This document shows positions 59,544 through 64,000 of a stretch of DNA of 64,000 nucleotides, piece after piece (the stretch's first letter is position 1; each line of letters begins with the position of its first letter). The position numbers and the translations under genes were made by a program. The notes beneath the pieces are model-generated. The model searched no databases, had not been told where the DNA came from, and worked only from the letters and a program-made list of their open reading frames with translations. Source of the stretch: Anthoceros angustus (taxonomy: Eukaryota > Plantae > Anthocerotophyta). Location of the stretch: positions 124,001 to 188,000 of the forward strand of contig VJWM01000226.1 of NCBI GenBank assembly GCA_010909165.1, given 5' to 3'.

Positions 59544-61952
59544 TAGTAGCTGCATATATCGATAACTATAGTTGACATAAAAATGAAAAGACGAGTCATA
59601 CGTGTGTGAACCCACATACTTGAATCACATGATCTTTAAAAGATGGATGTTGTAAAGTACCGGTGTTCCACCTTCACACAATCTACTATAGTGCCATCGG
59701 AGGCTGCAACATAAACAAGATAAAGCAGATTGAGTATCTTACATTGCATATAATAAAGATGCCATGAAAAGGTACCAAGAGATAGTGGAGTATAGTATAT
59801 ACATTATGGATTCCACAAATGGCACATGAACATTCAAGTCCAAAGCACCATCCGGGATGGATGAGAAACTTATTTTGAGCATTCGCGCATGACTAGCATA
59901 TGAGAAATGCACAAAGATAACAAACATCAACCCCAACACTAAAGTTACCCCGACGACTTCATGATTACAAAGCTTTGGTGGTGGCGAGGCAAGCCCCTTG
60001 TGGGCATTGCGGCATGACAAATCATACCGGGAAGTCCCGCAAGAGAGGCGGGAGAAGGTGGACCTTGGTCATCTAGCGATGACCATGCAAAAATACAGCA
60101 AGGCATTCTTTACAAGTGTCATTCATGACACCACAGTGAACTCATCTCGAGATCACAACTTCCATCATTGCAATGTGGTCACTTGCTTTGCCAGCCATCC
60201 TGATCACACATGGTATATAGACAGTGGAGCCTCGCAGCATATGACCCCCCATGCTGCATATTTTACAGAGTTGAAGGAAAGCACACCTGCAAAATTTGTG
60301 TGCTTAGGAGACAATTCCAGCATGAAATTGCTGGTCGTGGCACCATTCAACTTGATTTGAAACCCAATCACATAGAAAATTTCGGATGTGCTTTACATAC
60401 CGGCAAAGAACCTAGTTTGATTCGGAAGATGGATCGGGGTTATGTGTGTTTTGGAGGCACGTGTCTCGTTGAGTCGAAGGATGGCACCCTCTTGGCCACT
60501 GGCACTGCAAAGGACGATCTTTATCATCTCGACATGAAAGAAGAAAAGGCACTCTCACGACTTCACACACTATGCCAAACCCTCTCTTACGTACCTATGG
60601 CATCTTCGCCTGGGTCATATCAATTTTCAGAAGCTTGTGACTATGTACAAAGATAAGCTGGTGGAAGGTATCACTCTTGATAATCTGCAGAATTTTGGAG
60701 TATGCGAAGCTTGTGTCCTAGGTAAACACAAGCGTACGTCTTTCCCTCTCGGCAAAGCAACCCGAGCAACGGAGATATTAGGGCTAGTTCACAGTGATGT
60801 ATGTGGAAAACTCCCGGTTTCTCTTGGAGGGAAGGAGTACTTTACCACATTTATTGACGACTACACACGCTTTTGCGTAGTGTATTTTCTGAAGCAAAAA
60901 ATCAGATACTCTTGCATGCTTCAAAGAGTACAAGATATGGGCTGAGACCCAAACTGGCTGTCGTCTGAAAAACCTGCGGTCTGATAATGGCGGAGAGTAT
61001 GTCTCCCAGGAATTTGATGCGTTTTGCAAACAGCATGGCATAGGTAGGCAATTGATTTAATGCCCATACCCCATGAATGGGGTTTCGAGAATAAAAATCG
61101 GTCTTTGGAGACATCACTTCCGATGCTTCATTATGCAAACTTGCCCAAAGCATCGGGCGATAAGTTATGCTACCTACATTGAGCAGGATAGCACATAACC
61201 GTCGATTAAGGCAAGACTCCTTACGAATTGTGTGCGGGAAGCCCAATCTCTCGCATCTTCGTGTGTTTGGCTCGTCGGTGTATACTCACATCCACAAGGA
61301 CTGCGTGAAGTTCGAACCCAAGTCCACTCTTGCATTTTTATTGGGTTCACCAAGGAATCAAGGGTATAAGGTCACGAGCGAGGAGGTAGTTACCCATTCA
61401 CGTGATGTGGTGTTTGTCAAGGCGTGGAATCTCACCACCGGGGAGCATCGTTGCGATTCTTCCGGCTCGATGATGGCTCTGTAGAGGAGGAGGAGATGAT
61501 GGTCGGAGAACTCGAGTTCCTCTTCTGCCGCCTATCGTGCTTCCCACCACGATGCACCATACCCGGCACCACGATCACCGACTGCGGACAAACACGGACA
61601 CACAGGCACGATTAGTAGCCGAAATTACAAGCTACACCTTCACGGGTCGTTGAGTTTTGAGGAGCGAGGCCGGCGATCCGTCCGCCTCACCGGATGGACA
61701 GCAGAAGGCCGGCTCAACATGCTACTCCCGAGCCTCGGCGGTCTCGGAGGACGTAGACCACCGCACGGTATCGTCGGAGGATTTACGGTATCCCAAGTCA
61801 CATCTAACATCTTTGTTTAGCCCATGTGCTGTATGAACCTCCAACCTCTGGCGGCCCTTTGTCGATCACGAGCATTGGTACAAAGCCATTCAATCGAGTT
61901 GGCATCTCGTATGAAAACCAAACTTGGACAATAGTCGGCCTTCTGCGGATAG
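58599..61952 (+). pseudogene. Copia gag-pol, first copy (gag to start of RT), with the neprosin insertion
   Basis: KFDGENYHVW; CGHCG zinc knuckle; WYIDSGASQHMT; LGLVHSDVCG..GGKEYFTTFIDDYTRF; LRSDNGGEY; HWYKAIQSE..ENQTWTIV..DRK. Confidence 0.9.
59302..59969 (-). pseudogene. Neprosin 5' fragment (exons 1-2, microsatellite, start of exon 3) embedded in Copia gag
   Basis: Near-identical to 56538-57203, including copy-specific variants; flanked by Copia gag on both sides. Confidence 0.85.
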
Positions 61953-64000
61953 GAAACAAGTAAAAGACTTGTACGACTCTAGGGATCTCATGCGCAAACT
62001 TTGTGTTAAAACAATTCATGGGCCTCAAGATGAAAAGCAGACTGTGGATAAACATGTACTTGAGTTTCGCAATTCGCGAGCCAAGTTGGTTGGTTCTGCA
62101 GTTTTGCATTGGAGGAGGAGCTCCTTGCATTAATTCTTCTTACCGCCGTAAACTTGGTCAAGTGTGGTACAAGGCTGCAGGATGCACCATCCATCACAGT
62201 TAATCGAGTGATAGCAACAATGTTAACAGAAGAGTCAAGAAGGAAAATAGCAAATACTTCTCTTTCTCCAGGAGGAGACAAGGCCCTTTGGACGGCCAAA
62301 CCTGGTAGAGGTCGTGGCCGAGGACGTCCATTTGGTAGGGGCCGAGGTCGTGGCCGAGGTAATAACTCAAGGCCTCTAAGCTTTGGTGGTGGCAGAGGCA
62401 AGCCCCCTTGTGGGCATTGCGGCATGACAAATCATACCTGGGAAGTCTGCCGCAAGAGACTGGCTGGAGAAGGTGGACCTTGGTCATCTAGCGATGACCA
62501 TGCAAAAATACAGAAGGCATTCTTTACAAGTGTCATTCATGACACCACGGTGAACTCATCTCGAGATCACAACTTCCATCATTGCAATGTGGTCACTTGC
62601 TTTGCCACCATCCATCACACACATGGTATATAGGAGCCTCGCATATGACCCCCATCGCATATTTTACAGAGTTGAAGGAAAGCACACTGCAAAATTTGTG
62701 TGCTTAGGAGACAATTCCAGCATGAAATTGCTGGTCGGCACCATTCAACTTGATTTGAAACCCAATCGGCATAGAAATTTCGGATGTGCTTTACATTGGC
62801 AAAGAACCTAGTTTCGATTCGGAAGATGGATCAGTCGGTAGTTATGTGTGTTTTGGACGGCAAGTGTCTCGTTGAGTCGAAGGATGGCACCCTCTTGGCC
62901 CTGGCACTGCAAAGGACGATCTTTATCATCTCGACATGAAAGAAGAAAAGGCACTCGACTTCACACACTATGCCAAACCCTCTCTTACCTATGGCATCTT
63001 CGCTGGTCATATCAATTTTCGAGCTTGTGACTATGTACAAAGATAAGCTGGTGGAAGGTATCACTCTTGATAACTGCAGAATTTTGGAGTATGCGGCTTG
63101 TGTCCTAGGTAAACACAAGCGTCGTCTTTCCCTCGGCAAAGCAACCCGAGCAACGGAGATATTAGGGCTAGTTCACGATTGATGTATGTGGAAAACTCCG
63201 GTTTCTCTTGGAGGGAAGGAGTACTTTACCACATTTATTGACTACACACGCTTTTGTAGTGTATTTTCTGAACAAAATCGATACTCTTGCATGCTTCAAA
63301 GAGTACAAGATATGTGAGACCCAAACCGTCGTCTGAAAAACTGCGGTCGATAATGGCGGAGTATGTCTCGAGAATTTGATGCGTTTTGCAGCATAGCATA
63401 GGTAGGCAATTAACCCATACCCCATGAGAATGGGGTTTCGAGAATAAAAATCGGTCTTTGGAGACATACGCTTCCGATGCTTCATTATGCAAACTTGCCC
63501 AAAGCATCGGGCGTGATAAGTTATGCTACCTACATTGAGCAGGATAGCACATCGCTTAAGGCAAGACTCCTTACGAATTGTGTGCGGGAAGCCCAATCTC
63601 TCGCATCTTCGTGTGTTTGGCTCGTGGTGTATACTCACATCCACAAGGACTGCGTGAAGTTCGAACCCAAGTCCACTCCGCATTTTTATTGGGTTCACCA
63701 AGGAATCAAGGGTATAAGGTCCCTGAGCAGAAGAAGCGAGGTAGTTACCCATTCACGTGATGTGGTGTTTGTCGGTGAATCTCACCAGCCCGGTGGGAGC
63801 ATTGCGTTACAAGGCAAGGTTGGTTGCAAAAGGGTATTCGCAAATACCTGGAGTGGACTACGATGATACGTTCAGTCCTGTAGTGAAGCTGAATACCCTG
63901 CGCATGTTTATAGCACTAGCTGCAGTGAATAATCTTGAGCTGGAGCAGCTGGACGTTACTACAGCATTTTTGTATGGGAACCTGCACGAGGAGATTTTCA
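61953..64000 (+). pseudogene. Copia gag-pol, second copy (mid-gag to integrase) fused to RT
   Basis: Repeats 58893 onward; GRGRGRG..CGHCGMTNHTWEVC; then RYKARLVAKGYSQIPGVDYDDTFSPVVKLNTLRMFIALAAVNNLELEQLDVTTAFLYGNLHEE. Confidence 0.9.

Larger units (their letters stand above)
57716..64000 (+). mobile_element. Ty1/copia LTR retrotransposon, rearranged, runs off the window end
   Basis: LTR, tRNA-iMet PBS, then gag, protease, integrase and RT motifs in copia order. Confidence 0.95.

Overview
Land-plant nuclear DNA with spliceosomal introns, LTR retroelements and a DNA transposon. No rRNA, tRNA or CRISPR features were seen. Positions 1-44.2 kb and 54.3-57.7 kb are a head-to-tail tandem array of a ~5.0-kb unit, about 9 units. 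Each unit carries, on the minus strand, a PL7/alginate-lyase-2 (plant citrate-binding-protein-like) coding region, then ~200 bp later a 7-exon neprosin (DUF239 plus activation peptide) gene with a compound (CAA)n(TAA)n microsatellite. On the plus strand each unit has a chromovirus remnant (chromodomain, PPT, LTR start) and two blocks rich in inverted repeats. The neprosin has Gln and Asp at the two positions that are normally catalytic glutamates. The array contains more than a dozen direct-orientation internal duplications whose junctions lie on 3-9 bp microhomologies. A 10.1-kb Sola-like DDD DNA transposon with a 4-bp TSD is inserted at 44224-54326. A Ty1/copia element starts at 57716; it is internally duplicated and deleted and has captured ~670 bp of the neighbouring neprosin copy. 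Small indels between copies cluster at CG/CHG sites, which suggests methylation-related long-read errors, so frameshifts are not taken as proof of pseudogenisation. All family assignments come from recalled motifs; no database search was run.
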